A stretch of DNA of 59,291 nt, taken from positions 1-59,291 of the forward strand of contig DAIENX010000091.1 in the NCBI GenBank assembly GCA_027340875.1, in the 5' to 3' direction. This DNA comes from Elusimicrobiota bacterium. GTDB taxonomy: Bacteria > Elusimicrobiota > Elusimicrobia > Elusimicrobiales > UBA9959. A program made the position numbers and the translations under genes. Shown here piece by piece: positions 22,800 through 32,380 of this stretch (position 1 is the stretch's first letter; each line of letters starts with the position of its first letter). The notes under the pieces are model-generated. The model searched no databases, was not told the origin of the DNA, and saw nothing but the letters and a program-made list of their open reading frames with translations.

Positions 22800-24661
22800 G
22801 GCTTCACCGGTATCCGCACCGTGAACACGGTGCCTCGGCCCTCCTCGCTCTCCACTCCTATAGTGCCGTTGTGGTTGTCCAATATGCCCCAGATCACGGC
22901 CAGCCCGAGGCCGGTGCCTTTCTGGTCCTTGGTGGAATAGAAGGGCTCGAATATCCTGGCCAGGTCCTTTCCCGGTATGCCGCAGCCGGTGTCGCGCACC
23001 TTCACCTCCACGAATTCCATGGTGCCCGCGGCGTCCACGGCCTCCCAGCGCCGCCATTTGCAGCCTGGGCGGGTGCAGCCCTCAACCATGCCCTTGAAAG
23101 GGACCTCGAAAGCGTAGACGGCGGAGCCGCATTTCGGGCAGGTCGTTTTAGGAGCGATCAGGGAGGACGAGCATTCGGGGCACATGAAGGCAGCTCCGCT
23201 GCCGGCCTCGAACGGCAGCCCGCTGCCGGCTCGGTCCAGCCCGTAGACGGGGTCCAGGTGCAGGAAACCCTCCTCCGCGCCGCTGCGCACCTTGATCCTG
23301 ATCGACGGCATGCCGTCTATGCGGTATTCGCGGTCCAGCAGGTCGTGCCGTTTAGGGCACAGCGCTTTCTTGATCTGGGTCGTGCCTACCGGCGAGAGGC
23401 TCAGCTTGGAGGACGTTACGGTTATGACGCCGCCCGCCTGGCCTATAGCGTCCGCCGCGTTCACGAAAAGATTTATGAAGACCTGCTGTATCTGGTTGGA
23501 GTCTATGGTGACAGGCGGGATGTCCGGCGCGTATTCCTTGACCAACCGGACCTTGTTTATGGCCAGCTGGTTCTCCACCACGGCGGCCGCCAGATCTATC
23601 ACCCGGTGGATGTCTGCCTTCGTCCTGTTCGGCACGGATTGCCGCGCGAAGTCGAGCAGGCTTTTGACTATCTCCCTGCTGCGCATCGTTTCGCGCACTA
23701 TCACCTGCAGGTCCTTCTGCATCTCCGGCTGCCCGCCGGCGCGCTTCAGCAGGTAGCTGCTGTAGGTCAGCACTCCGGTCAGCGGGTTGTTGATCTCGTG
23801 CGCCACTCCGGCCGCCAGCCGGCCCAGCGAGGCCAGCTTGTCGGACTGGAACAGCTGCAGCCGTGCTTCCGAGAGTCTGTGCGTCATATTGTTGAAGGCC
23901 TCGGCCAGCATGCCCAGTTCGTCGTCGCGCGTGACCTTTATCATGTAACGCAGGTCCCCGTCGGCCACGCGGCGCGTCGCGGCCAGCAGCTCCTTTACCG
24001 GCGCGTCCACCCAGCGCTTCACGAACAGGCCTATTATCAGGCTGAGGGCCAGCACCGCGCCGCCCGCGAAGACCAGGATCTCCAGCTGGCTCTGCCGGAT
24101 GTCCTTGTCGACTTCGGTCAGCGGCATCGTCACGTCCAGCACTCCCAGCACCGCCTGCGACTTCGAGTGAACGTGACAGGCCGCCGTCCAGCAGGAGGGC
24201 ATGTTTTAGATCGGACTGATGATGCCGAGCGTGCGGGAGGCGTCGGGCCTGGCGCGGAATATTCTGGTGCGCTCCTTCATCTCGAGTCGCTTGAGCGGCT
24301 CGCCGTCGGAGTGGCAGATGTAGCAGCTCTCCGCCTTCTTGTCCACCATCCTGCCTATCTCGCCGCGGTCCGAGGAATAGATTATCTCGCCGGCCTTGTT
24401 CATCACGCGGATGCGCTGGATGCTGGGCTGGTTGCCCATACGCTGGATGCTCTGGCGTATCCTCTCCCGCTGGTTGAGGAGCATGTCGTACTCGGTGGCG
24501 GACTTGACCGCGTCGCTCAACTGGCTGGCGTGCCGCTCCACCTCGGCGAGCAGGTTCCGGCTGTCGGAGCGCGTGTTGAAGAAAGAGAATATCCCTATCG
24601 TCACCAGCGCGGTGACGCACGCTACCAGCGTAAGCTTGAAGCCGAGCTTTCTCATCATCAT
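22796..24661 (-). pseudogene. Sensor histidine kinase (heme-c-motif periplasmic sensor, HAMP, HisKA, HATPase with Cys-rich insert) interrupted by one in-frame TAA
   Basis: ORFs 24206-24661 and 22796-24202 are in one frame (ISPI-TAA-NMPSC). TM1, CYICH, CWTAACH, TM2, HAMP, AHEINNPL, NA.DA, DTG.GI and GTGLGL. May be an intact gene with a sequence error. Confidence 0.8.
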
Positions 24662-24665
24662 ACGG

Positions 24666-25772
24666 TCATCGTCCGGCCGCCGCCGCGGTCCCCGGCCTGT
24701 CCGCCGGATAGCGCTTGTCCTGGTGGCAAGCCGCGAAGGCCGGCGGCGCGGCGAAACGTCCGTCCGCGTGGCAGGCTTCGCAGCCCAGCGAGGCGTGGAC
24801 CTCGCTGAGCTTCAGGCCGGTCCGCGAATGGTCGAAGCCCTTCTGCCAGCCGGGGTGGCAGGAGTCGCAGCCGGAGGCCGGGACCTTGAAGGCCTCCCCG
24901 GCGCCGTGGCAGGCGGCGCAGGCCAGCCGCCGGTGGAAGCGGTTCAGCGGCCAGCCGGAGGACTTGCCGTGCGCGAAGCTGTCTTCGGGCCTGGAGGCGT
25001 GGCACGCAGCGCACTTGGCCGCCGCGTGGCATCCGAAGCAGGCCTTATGCCTGGCCTGCGCCGGGGCCGCCTTCCTGACGGCGCCGCGTTCCGCGGCGTA
25101 AGCCGAGTGGCAGCTTTCGCAGGTCTCCTGGCGGTGACAGTCGACGCATTTAAGGCCGAAGACCCGCGAGTGGTCCGCGTGGAAGAAAGTGACGTAGCGT
25201 CCTTTTTCGGAGGCCGTTTCGTATACCAGCCGGTCCGGGACCCGGACCTTGCCGGGGCCGCTTTTTCCGGTCCCCCGCGGTTCCGCTCGGCCTTTGTCCT
25301 CATGGCAGTCGCCGCAGGCCGCGGCCTTGTCCCACCTCAGGTGGCATTCCATGCAGAGGCGATGGCGCGCGCCGCGCAGGTCCGGCTTGCCGAGGTCCTC
25401 GCGCGCCCGCGACTTGGAGTGGCATTGATCGCACTTCATCGCGGTGCCGGGCCTGCCGTAATGGTGGCAGTCGCGGCAGCCGCCGCCCATGGCGGCCATC
25501 TCGGCGTGAGCCTTGTGCGGGAACGTCACGGGCCCGTACGGGCCTCCTTTCCCGCCGAAGCGGATCTCGGCGGGGCTCTTGCCGGCCGGGTAGCTGGAGG
25601 CGCCGGCCGAACGCGGGCAGCCGCGCAGGGAAGGGTCCAGCCTGGTAGGGGTGTCGGAAACGTGGCAGAAGGCGCAGGGCGCGTCGGCGGGGTTCATCCC
25701 GTGCGGCGGCTGTTCGCCGGAGCGGGCGCCGGCGGTCAGGAGGAGGGATGTCAGAAGAAGCAGGACCTTCAT
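24666..25772 (-). CDS. Periplasmic multiheme cytochrome c (c3/HmcA-like)
   Basis: Signal peptide; 12 CxxCH motifs plus a degenerate 13th (FAACH); FxHxxH distal-ligand motifs. Confidence 0.9.
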   Translation of the reverse strand: MKVLLLLTSLLLTAGARSGEQPPHGMNPADAPCAFCHVSDTPTRLDPSLRGCPRSAGASSYPAGKSPAEIRFGGKGGPYGPVTFPHKAHAEMAAMGGGCRDCHHYGRPGTAMKCDQCHSKSRAREDLGKPDLRGARHRLCMECHLRWDKAAACGDCHEDKGRAEPRGTGKSGPGKVRVPDRLVYETASEKGRYVTFFHADHSRVFGLKCVDCHRQETCESCHSAYAAERGAVRKAAPAQARHKACFGCHAAAKCAACHASRPEDSFAHGKSSGWPLNRFHRRLACAACHGAGEAFKVPASGCDSCHPGWQKGFDHSRTGLKLSEVHASLGCEACHADGRFAAPPAFAACHQDKRYPADRPGTAAAAGR

Positions 25773-25775
25773 GGG

Positions 25776-27017
25776 TCAGAACCTTACGGTATATTTCTCC
25801 CTGGGGTACAGCCCCCTGTCTGGCAGGCTGATGACCGGGAAATAGAGCACTATGGCGCGATAGAGCAGCATCAGGATGCAGGCGAAGCCTACCGTGACGG
25901 AGATCTCCCCTATGGACGGGAAGTAGCTCTTGAAAGAATACGGGGGGGTGTAAGCCACGAGGAAGTTGTTGATGCGGTTCAGCAGCACGCCGAGCACCAC
26001 CAGCAGCGAGGCCGTGAACAGCAGCGGGGGCGACTTCAGCACCTCGCGCGACAGGAACATCCTCAGCGGGACGACCACGCCTATCAGCACCTCCGCCATG
26101 AACATCACGCTCGCGGTGTTCAGCGTGGCCAGGTAGACGAAGGTCTCGCGGACGAACATGTCGCCGAGCTTGAAGCCCAGGTAGACGGCCAGCAGCGGGG
26201 CCGTGAGCCTGCCGAGCTTCGAGAGTATCTCCATTTCCGGCTTCAGGCCGAAGGAGCGGGCGGCGAGTATGGATTCCACGATCACCATAGGCAGGCCCAC
26301 CGAGATCGCCGACAGCAGGAACAGCAGCGGCAGTATCGGGGTCTGCCAGAGCGGGTGCATCTTCGGCCCGGCTATTACCATCAGAGTCCCCAGCGAGGAC
26401 TGGTGCAGCGTGGAGAGCACTATGCCGGAGATGATGAAGAAGAACATCGTGGCGGAGAGGCCGCGGTCCAGGAAGCCCAGCAGCTTCTCGGCCGCGGCGT
26501 TGAACCCGGCCAGCGGCCCGGGCAGGTTCACCCTTCCGAGGAACCTTTCCACGACCACCGGCAGGAACTCCACGTAGAGCACGTTGAGGTAGATGGTCAC
26601 GCAGATGCCCACCTCGAACAGCGCGGAGCTGCCGTTCCACATGAAGATCGGGTGCCAGATGTAGTAGTAGCGGCCGATGTCTATCGCGACGCCGATGGCC
26701 ACGAAGGTGTAGCCGAGCATCGCGGTCAGCAGCGCCGGCCTCACTATGGCGTGGTACTCCTCGCGGTTAAGCACGTGGCCCAGCGCCGCGGTGACGAAGC
26801 CGCCGGCCGCGAGCGCCACTCCGCCGGCGACGTCTATGGCTATCCAGATGCCCCACGGGTGCTGGTTGTCCAGGTTCGTCACGCCGCCTATGCCGAAGAG
26901 AAAGCGCCCCGCGAGGAACACCAGGCCGTTGGCGGCCAGGACCAGCAGCGCGATAACGCCGGGGGTCAGGAATTTCCTGTCCAGAGGGGCGGGCTTCATG
27001 TAGCGGGTCATGGTCAT
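25776..27017 (-). CDS. NrfD/HybB/HmcC family quinone-interacting membrane subunit
   Basis: TNL...PWG.WIA.DV, ALAAGGF, DIGR, SALFEV, STLHQSSLG and HPLW motifs. Confidence 0.9.
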   Translation of the reverse strand: MTMTRYMKPAPLDRKFLTPGVIALLVLAANGLVFLAGRFLFGIGGVTNLDNQHPWGIWIAIDVAGGVALAAGGFVTAALGHVLNREEYHAIVRPALLTAMLGYTFVAIGVAIDIGRYYYIWHPIFMWNGSSALFEVGICVTIYLNVLYVEFLPVVVERFLGRVNLPGPLAGFNAAAEKLLGFLDRGLSATMFFFIISGIVLSTLHQSSLGTLMVIAGPKMHPLWQTPILPLLFLLSAISVGLPMVIVESILAARSFGLKPEMEILSKLGRLTAPLLAVYLGFKLGDMFVRETFVYLATLNTASVMFMAEVLIGVVVPLRMFLSREVLKSPPLLFTASLLVVLGVLLNRINNFLVAYTPPYSFKSYFPSIGEISVTVGFACILMLLYRAIVLYFPVISLPDRGLYPREKYTVRF

Positions 27018-27916
27018 TCCTCGCCGTCAGGCCCCTGCCGGTTCTTGGAGATCCACATCAGCAGGCCGAGCAGCGCGTACAGCGAGACCGGCGGCACGAA
27101 ATAGGCGAAAATGCCGTGCTGGATGCTCTCGGAAACTCCGGGGGCCGGGTTGGGGCCCAGCTTGGGGAACTGGAGCTTCTCGAAGTCGACGCCGGCCAGG
27201 TACAGCCAGTCGGTGCCTCCCACCTCGTATTCGCCGAGCACGTGCTGAACGTACCGGTCCGGGTCGCGCCTGATCCGGTCTTTGGCCACGCGCACCAGCT
27301 CTTCCCTGGGCCCGAAGGTGAGCGCTTCCACCGGGCAGATGTCCACGCAGGCCGGCAGCTTGCCTTCCGTCCTGCGGGTTACGCACAGGTCGCATTTCCG
27401 GACCTGCGGCTGTATTGCCTTGTGGTATTCGAACGACGGGACCTGGAACGGGCAGGCCACCATGCAGTAGCGGCAGCCTATGCACTTCTTCGTATCCCAG
27501 ACCACCGCGCCGTCATCCCTCTTCGTCAGCGCCCCCACGATGCAGGCCGAGACGCAGGCGGGGTGGTCGCAGTGCATGCACTGCACCTTTACGGAGTAAG
27601 GCGGTTTGGAAGGGTCCGGGTTGTCGTAGCGGTTGACCACCGTGAGCGCCGCGTCGTCCGGGCGGCGCATCTGCCGGAAGACGGAGGCGTCCTGGTAGGT
27701 TTCCAGCGGCCGGGTAGGGATGCCGTGGGCGCTCTTGCAGCCCCATTCGCAGCTCCGGCAGCCGATGCAGACGGTGGTGTCGACCAGCACCCCGATCCGG
27801 TCCGGGGAGAGCGCTGCCTCCTCGCCGGCCTCGGCGGAGGCCGACGTCAGGCCTGTCAGTCCCGCGCCGATGACGGCGCATCTCTTCAGGAACGCGCGGC
27901 GGGTAATATCGGGCAT
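27014..27916 (-). CDS. HybA/HmcB-like Tat-exported 4Fe-4S protein with C-terminal TM anchor
   Basis: Twin-arginine TRRAFLK; CIGCRSCE..C, CMHCDHPACVSAC, CIGCRYCMVACP and KCDLC..PACVDICP. Confidence 0.92.
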   Translation of the reverse strand: MPDITRRAFLKRCAVIGAGLTGLTSASAEAGEEAALSPDRIGVLVDTTVCIGCRSCEWGCKSAHGIPTRPLETYQDASVFRQMRRPDDAALTVVNRYDNPDPSKPPYSVKVQCMHCDHPACVSACIVGALTKRDDGAVVWDTKKCIGCRYCMVACPFQVPSFEYHKAIQPQVRKCDLCVTRRTEGKLPACVDICPVEALTFGPREELVRVAKDRIRRDPDRYVQHVLGEYEVGGTDWLYLAGVDFEKLQFPKLGPNPAPGVSESIQHGIFAYFVPPVSLYALLGLLMWISKNRQGPDGEE

Positions 27917-28123
27917 ATATCCTGCTAGCTATACTGGCGAAGTATATGGGACAACACCCATGCTAGCAGAACACGGCCGGCACGGCATTGCGACAAATCA
28001 AAGGTCGCGTTGATTAATACTTTCGGCTGAACGGGCTAATGCTAACAGGCGAGTTGACCGGTCAATGGGGAGGGGCTTGCGTAGGGTCCGGGGATCGATC
28101 GCACGTCGAGGAGAGGGCAGGCT

Positions 28124-29257
28124 TCAGGCCAGGTCTTCGTCCTCCACGGGCATGAACCAGCGCTGCGCTATGAAGGTCGGTATGATGGCGCTGGCTATCA
28201 GCACGCCGGTCAGAACGGAATACTGCGCGCGGTCCAGGAAGCCGGCGTCCAGGCCGAACAGCGCTGCCATCAGGCCGAAGGTCAGGCCTGTGGACATCAG
28301 CAGCGTAAAATAACCGCGGTTCTCGGGGAAGTACCTGCCGGCCAGGAAATAGACGCCGGCCAGCTTCGAGAGCTGCTTGGCGGCGAACAGTCCCGCGAAC
28401 AGCGCGAAGGCTCCCCACAGCGCCGAGGGGGAGACCTTCATGCCGGCCACCAGGAAGAAGAAGGGCGTAATGAAGGCGTAGGAGACCGTGCGCAGGCGGG
28501 TCTTGACCGGGGCGGTAGCGCGCCCCTTCTTGAAATGCTTCCCCATCAGCAGGCCGAAGATGAAGGCCGGCAGCATGGCCTGGCTCGAGCCAAGGGAGGC
28601 GAGATATACGAAAGCGAGCAGCACGAAGAATATATATTTTATCTCAGGCTCTATCACCTTGCCGGCCAGCGCCGGGTGCCGGAGCAGGCCCAGCGTGAAG
28701 CGGCCGGCGAAGAGCAGGAACGCCCCGGAGACGGAGAGGAACAGCAGGGTATAGAGGTTGGGCCTCAGGAAAGCCACGCTCAGCGCCAGGGCCGTCAGCG
28801 TGTTGGTCAGGAACGTGCAGGCCATCAGTATCTTGCCGGTGCGCGTGCGGTTGAGGCCGGTTTCCGTCAGCACGGAGTATACTACGGCCAGCGAGGTTTC
28901 CGACAGGGCCACGGCGGCCACCAGCGAGGCCTTCAGCGGCCAGCCGGCCGCGTAGCGGCAGAAGAAGTAGCCGGCCGCGAAAGGCGCCAGGAACGAGAAG
29001 AAGCTGAGTATGCCGGCCGCCCTGAAGTTCTCCTTCAGCAGCTTTGCGTCCACCTCGGCCCCGGCCAGGAAGGTCAGCACTATGCCGCCGAAGCCGGCCA
29101 GGTATGTCATCCACGGTTCGGGGTTCAGCCCCAGCGCTCCGGCGCCCAGGCCCAGCAGCATCTCGAAGATGGCCACTGAGATCCCCAGTCTGAGGCTGAG
29201 CACGCTGGCCGCGAATATCAGCAGCCCCGCTATCAAAGGTATCTTGTCTGGTTCCAT
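28124..29257 (-). CDS. Cation:proton antiporter (CPA2-like)
   Basis: About 12 TM segments; FLAGAE, ALSETSLAVVY, PFFF..G and MSTGLTFG; start MEPDK after a GAGG RBS. Confidence 0.85.
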   Translation of the reverse strand: MEPDKIPLIAGLLIFAASVLSLRLGISVAIFEMLLGLGAGALGLNPEPWMTYLAGFGGIVLTFLAGAEVDAKLLKENFRAAGILSFFSFLAPFAAGYFFCRYAAGWPLKASLVAAVALSETSLAVVYSVLTETGLNRTRTGKILMACTFLTNTLTALALSVAFLRPNLYTLLFLSVSGAFLLFAGRFTLGLLRHPALAGKVIEPEIKYIFFVLLAFVYLASLGSSQAMLPAFIFGLLMGKHFKKGRATAPVKTRLRTVSYAFITPFFFLVAGMKVSPSALWGAFALFAGLFAAKQLSKLAGVYFLAGRYFPENRGYFTLLMSTGLTFGLMAALFGLDAGFLDRAQYSVLTGVLIASAIIPTFIAQRWFMPVEDEDLA

Positions 29258-29304
29258 TTCCGCCTCGCTTCGGACCGGCCGCCGGTCCGGAACGCAAAAC
29301 GCGT

Positions 29305-29371
29305 TCGGGCACACCGTGCCCTCACTCATCATTCAGGCCTCACGCTTACGCAAGCTCGGCCTTCACGAAGG
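29305..29371. repeat. Structured intergenic repeat, family A, copy 2
   Basis: Reverse complement resembles 13-80; hairpin GGGCAC-GGT-GTGCCC. Confidence 0.7.
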
Positions 29372-29418
29372 TTTTGCTTATCCGGATCCGGCGTCTGGTC
29401 CGTCGACACCCGTAAAAT

Positions 29419-29450
29419 AAAAAAACCTCCACCATATATCAAGGTAGAGG
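29419..29450 (-). terminator. Riboswitch expression-platform terminator
   Basis: Minus strand CCTCTACC-ttgatatat-GGTGGAGG-T7, overlapping the 3' end of the aptamer. Confidence 0.85.
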
Positions 29451-29523
29451 TCATCAGCCCGGGCTCCCGGGCGGTTCCCCCGGTTAGCGTAGAAAGCTCT
29501 CCGGGGCGGCGGACATCATCGCC
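29444..29523 (-). ncRNA. Fluoride (crcB-motif) riboswitch
   Basis: Minus strand GGCGATGATGTCCGCC...AACCGCCCGGG-AG-CCCGGGCTGATGACCTCTAC fits the crcB consensus, followed by a terminator and an antiporter gene. Confidence 0.85.
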
Positions 29524-29597
29524 GTTATATAAGGATATTATAGCAGTTCCGGCCTGTCGCGGGCGCTGGCGGCCGGTAAATTGATATTATTTCCGGC

Positions 29598-30515
29598 ATG
29601 AAGCGTTCCAGAGCCATTTTCCTTGCCGTTCTCGCCGCCGCCGTCCTGCAGGGCTGCGCTACCGAATACAGCCTGCTCAGCCCCGACCTTCGCGGCCTGC
29701 GCCGTTCGCCCATCTACCCGGCCAGCCTCAGGGTGAAGGAACTGGTGCGCGACAGGATAGCCGCCGGGGACGCCGACCATATCTCGGTATATTTCCACGC
29801 CCTGCAGACAGGCTACTGGTTCGGCGTGGACGAAAAGGAGAAGTTCATTCCCGCCAGCCTGCTGAAGATGTACCTGATGATAGGCGTGCTGAAGGAGGCG
29901 GAGAAGGACCCGTCCATCCTGAAGCGCAGGATAAAGCTGGCCGATCACGAGCGCGGTTATGACCCCGTCTTCCCGCCGTCGAAGAAGCTGGTCCCGGGCC
30001 GCCTCTATACCGTCGACGAGCTGCTGGGCGGCATGATAAGCTACTCCGACAACAACGCCGCCAACAACCTGTTCGCGGTCTTCAACGATTACTTGCAGGG
30101 GCAGGTCTACTCCGATTTCGGCATAGCCCCGGAGGGGGCCGCGGACCTGGCCGACCTGACCGTGAAGCAGTACATGATGGCCTTCCTGTCCCTGTATAAC
30201 TCCACCTACCTGAGCCTGCCTATGTCGCAAAAGGCCCTGGAATACCTGGCCCGTTCCGATTTCGGGGACGGCCTCGCGGCGGGCCTGCCTCACGGCGTGA
30301 CAGTTGCCCACAAGTTCGGGGAAAGGGCGTTCTCGGAGGGGGGCGACGGCATGGTGCAGTTGCACGACTGCGGCATAGTTTATCACCCCGAATTCCCGTA
30401 CATGCTCGGGGTCATGACGCGCGGCAAGGACATGAAGAAACTTGCCGGGATCATACGCGACGTTTCGAAGCTGGTCTACGAGGAAGTCAGTTCAAGGGAT
30501 CCCGGACGTCCCTGA
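29598..30515 (+). CDS. Class A beta-lactamase-like serine hydrolase, probable lipoprotein
   Basis: Lipobox LQGC; ASLLK (SxxK), SDN and HKFG (KTG position). Confidence 0.85.
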   Translation: MKRSRAIFLAVLAAAVLQGCATEYSLLSPDLRGLRRSPIYPASLRVKELVRDRIAAGDADHISVYFHALQTGYWFGVDEKEKFIPASLLKMYLMIGVLKEAEKDPSILKRRIKLADHERGYDPVFPPSKKLVPGRLYTVDELLGGMISYSDNNAANNLFAVFNDYLQGQVYSDFGIAPEGAADLADLTVKQYMMAFLSLYNSTYLSLPMSQKALEYLARSDFGDGLAAGLPHGVTVAHKFGERAFSEGGDGMVQLHDCGIVYHPEFPYMLGVMTRGKDMKKLAGIIRDVSKLVYEEVSSRDPGRP

Positions 30516-30523
30516 GAAGGAAA

Positions 30524-30555
30524 AAGAAAAAGCCCCGCTCCCGGGGCTTTTTCTT
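30524..30555. terminator. Bidirectional intrinsic terminator
   Basis: AAGAAAAAGCCCCG / CGGGGCTTTTTCTT inverted repeat between convergent genes. Confidence 0.85.
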
Positions 30556-30570
30556 AACGGTGGCGCAGGC

Positions 30571-31584
30571 TCAGTCCTTCTTGCCTGAGCGGAAGGCCTT
30601 GAGCGCTCCTTCCACCTTGTCCAGCAGCTCCTTGGGATAAAGCTTCCCGACCAGCGCCTGCCTCGCCTCCTCCCCGTCCTTCTCCAGCTCCTTCACCACC
30701 TCCGGCCCGGCGGGCTCGGTGAAGACCAGCTTCTTCTTCTTGAGTATGTTTATCGATTCCGCGTTGTCGCGGCGGCTCTGCAGCGTCAGCTTGCGGAAAT
30801 ATTTGTCGCCCAGCTCCAGCATGACCTTCTGGTCCTCCGGTGAGAGTCTGTCGAAGACCTTCTTGGAGATCAGCACGGCGCCGGAGGCGTTGGTGAGAGG
30901 CAGCGCGAAGACGTACTTCATGCGCGAGAACCACTGCAGGGCGATCACGGAGAGCGGCGAGCCGTAGACGCCGTCTATCATGCCCGTCTGCAGCGAGGTC
31001 ATGACGTCGGTTATCGAGAGAGGGATGGGGCTGACGCCGAGCGCTTTGAAGGTGGCCTCGGCTATCGGGTCCCCTTCCCAGATCCACATCTTGATGTTCT
31101 TCAGGTCCGCCACGCGGGTTACCGGCTTGGTGGAGAAGACGTTGACGTTGCCCACCTCGGCCCAGCCGAGCAGCACGTAGCCGCGCTCCTCGAAGATCTT
31201 CCGGAAATCCGGGTCCAGGGTCTTGTAGATGTGGTCTATCTCCCTGTCGTTCTTGAAGAGGAACGGGGTGTCCAGGAGGCGCGCCTCCGGGGCTATCTCG
31301 CCGATGCCCACTCCGGAGAAGCCGCCGGCCTGCAGCTGGCCCAGGCGGATCTTGCGGACCACGTCCTTCTCGTCGCCTGAGACGCCGCCGGCGTAGATCT
31401 TGAACTTCACGCGGCCGGCGGTGAGGGACGAGGCCTCTACGGTGAATTCCTTCATCGCCTTCATCCAGGTGGAGCCGTCGGGCGCCAGCGTGGCGAACTT
31501 CACCATTGTCTCCGCCCTCAGCGCGGACGGCAGCGTAAGCGCCGCGAACAGGACGGCCGCGGCTATCTTTCTAGAATAGTTCAT
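30571..31584 (-). CDS. dctP: TRAP substrate-binding protein DctP (TatP type)
   Basis: KFATLAPDGS.W, Y.GGV.GDE, GQLQ and SLQTGMID motifs; signal peptide. Confidence 0.9.
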   Translation of the reverse strand: MNYSRKIAAAVLFAALTLPSALRAETMVKFATLAPDGSTWMKAMKEFTVEASSLTAGRVKFKIYAGGVSGDEKDVVRKIRLGQLQAGGFSGVGIGEIAPEARLLDTPFLFKNDREIDHIYKTLDPDFRKIFEERGYVLLGWAEVGNVNVFSTKPVTRVADLKNIKMWIWEGDPIAEATFKALGVSPIPLSITDVMTSLQTGMIDGVYGSPLSVIALQWFSRMKYVFALPLTNASGAVLISKKVFDRLSPEDQKVMLELGDKYFRKLTLQSRRDNAESINILKKKKLVFTEPAGPEVVKELEKDGEEARQALVGKLYPKELLDKVEGALKAFRSGKKD

Positions 31585-32380
31585 CTTTTTTCTCCAGTAG
31601 CTTCTTGGCTTTGATGCGCGCCACCTCGTCGGGCAGGCGCGTGTCCCCGGCGCGGGGCTCGGCCTCTATGACCGAGTTCAGCAGCTTCCCGAAAAGCTCC
31701 TCGTCCTGCAGGGCCACCGCGGCCATGCGGGCGTACATGTAGCGGTTGAGCTGGAAGCCGCCCCCGTCGCCCAGAAGGGCCTGTTCGAAATGCTCCCGGG
31801 CCTTCTCGGGGTCGCCGCCGAGCATCCTGGGCCTTATGGAATAATAGGCCCCCAGCAGCGTGTGGGCGCCGTTGTAGTAGTAGGAGGGGGCGAGCCTCAG
31901 CACCGCGGAGGCGGCCGGCTCTATGGCAGGCAGCTCCGCTATGGCCTCGGGGTCGTCGCGGTTGATGTTGATGTGGGAGGCCCTGCAGAAGGTGCGCCAG
32001 AACAGCGCCGGGACATCCTTCTTCCGCGCGGTCATGGCGTCGGCCCCGCGCAGCGCCCGCGCGGCGTAGGCCTCGCCTTTCAGGTAGAAGGAAGAGGCGC
32101 GGGCGGGCTCCGAGTCCTCCAGGAACATGAACGCGTAGCCGCAGAAGCCCTGCGCGGCGTTGACCAGCAGCTTCCTGTTGTCCGGGTCGCTCTTCAGCAG
32201 TATCTCCATCAGTTGCAGGTTGGCGGGCAGGGCCTCTTTAACGTACTCGGGGTCGTCCTGGGCGAAGACGGCGGGCAGGCCGTTGTCTATCACGCCGGAG
32301 GTGACCCTGGCGGCGGTACGGTTGAGCGAGCAGGCGGAAAGCATCAGCGCCGCCAGCGGCAGGGACAGAAGGTTCTTCAT
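31571..32380 (-). CDS. TRAP-associated TatT (TPAT T component) lipoprotein
   Basis: Lipobox LSAC; DDP..VKEALPA.L..E.LL..DP, Y..G.AH..LG.YY..RP..LGGD..KAR.HF and DELF; adjacent to dctP. Confidence 0.82.
   Translation of the reverse strand: MKNLLSLPLAALMLSACSLNRTAARVTSGVIDNGLPAVFAQDDPEYVKEALPANLQLMEILLKSDPDNRKLLVNAAQGFCGYAFMFLEDSEPARASSFYLKGEAYAARALRGADAMTARKKDVPALFWRTFCRASHININRDDPEAIAELPAIEPAASAVLRLAPSYYYNGAHTLLGAYYSIRPRMLGGDPEKAREHFEQALLGDGGGFQLNRYMYARMAAVALQDEELFGKLLNSVIEAEPRAGDTRLPDEVARIKAKKLLEKKDELF

Noticed and set aside
28054..28065. Palindrome TTGACCGGTCAA as an FNR box upstream of the hybA-like gene
   Set aside because: Spacing does not fit TTGAT-N4-ATCAA; it may be another operator but there is no support.
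29598..30515. Functional antibiotic-resistance beta-lactamase
   Set aside because: KFG replaces KTG and I cannot identify an omega-loop ExxLN; only a family-level call is supported.
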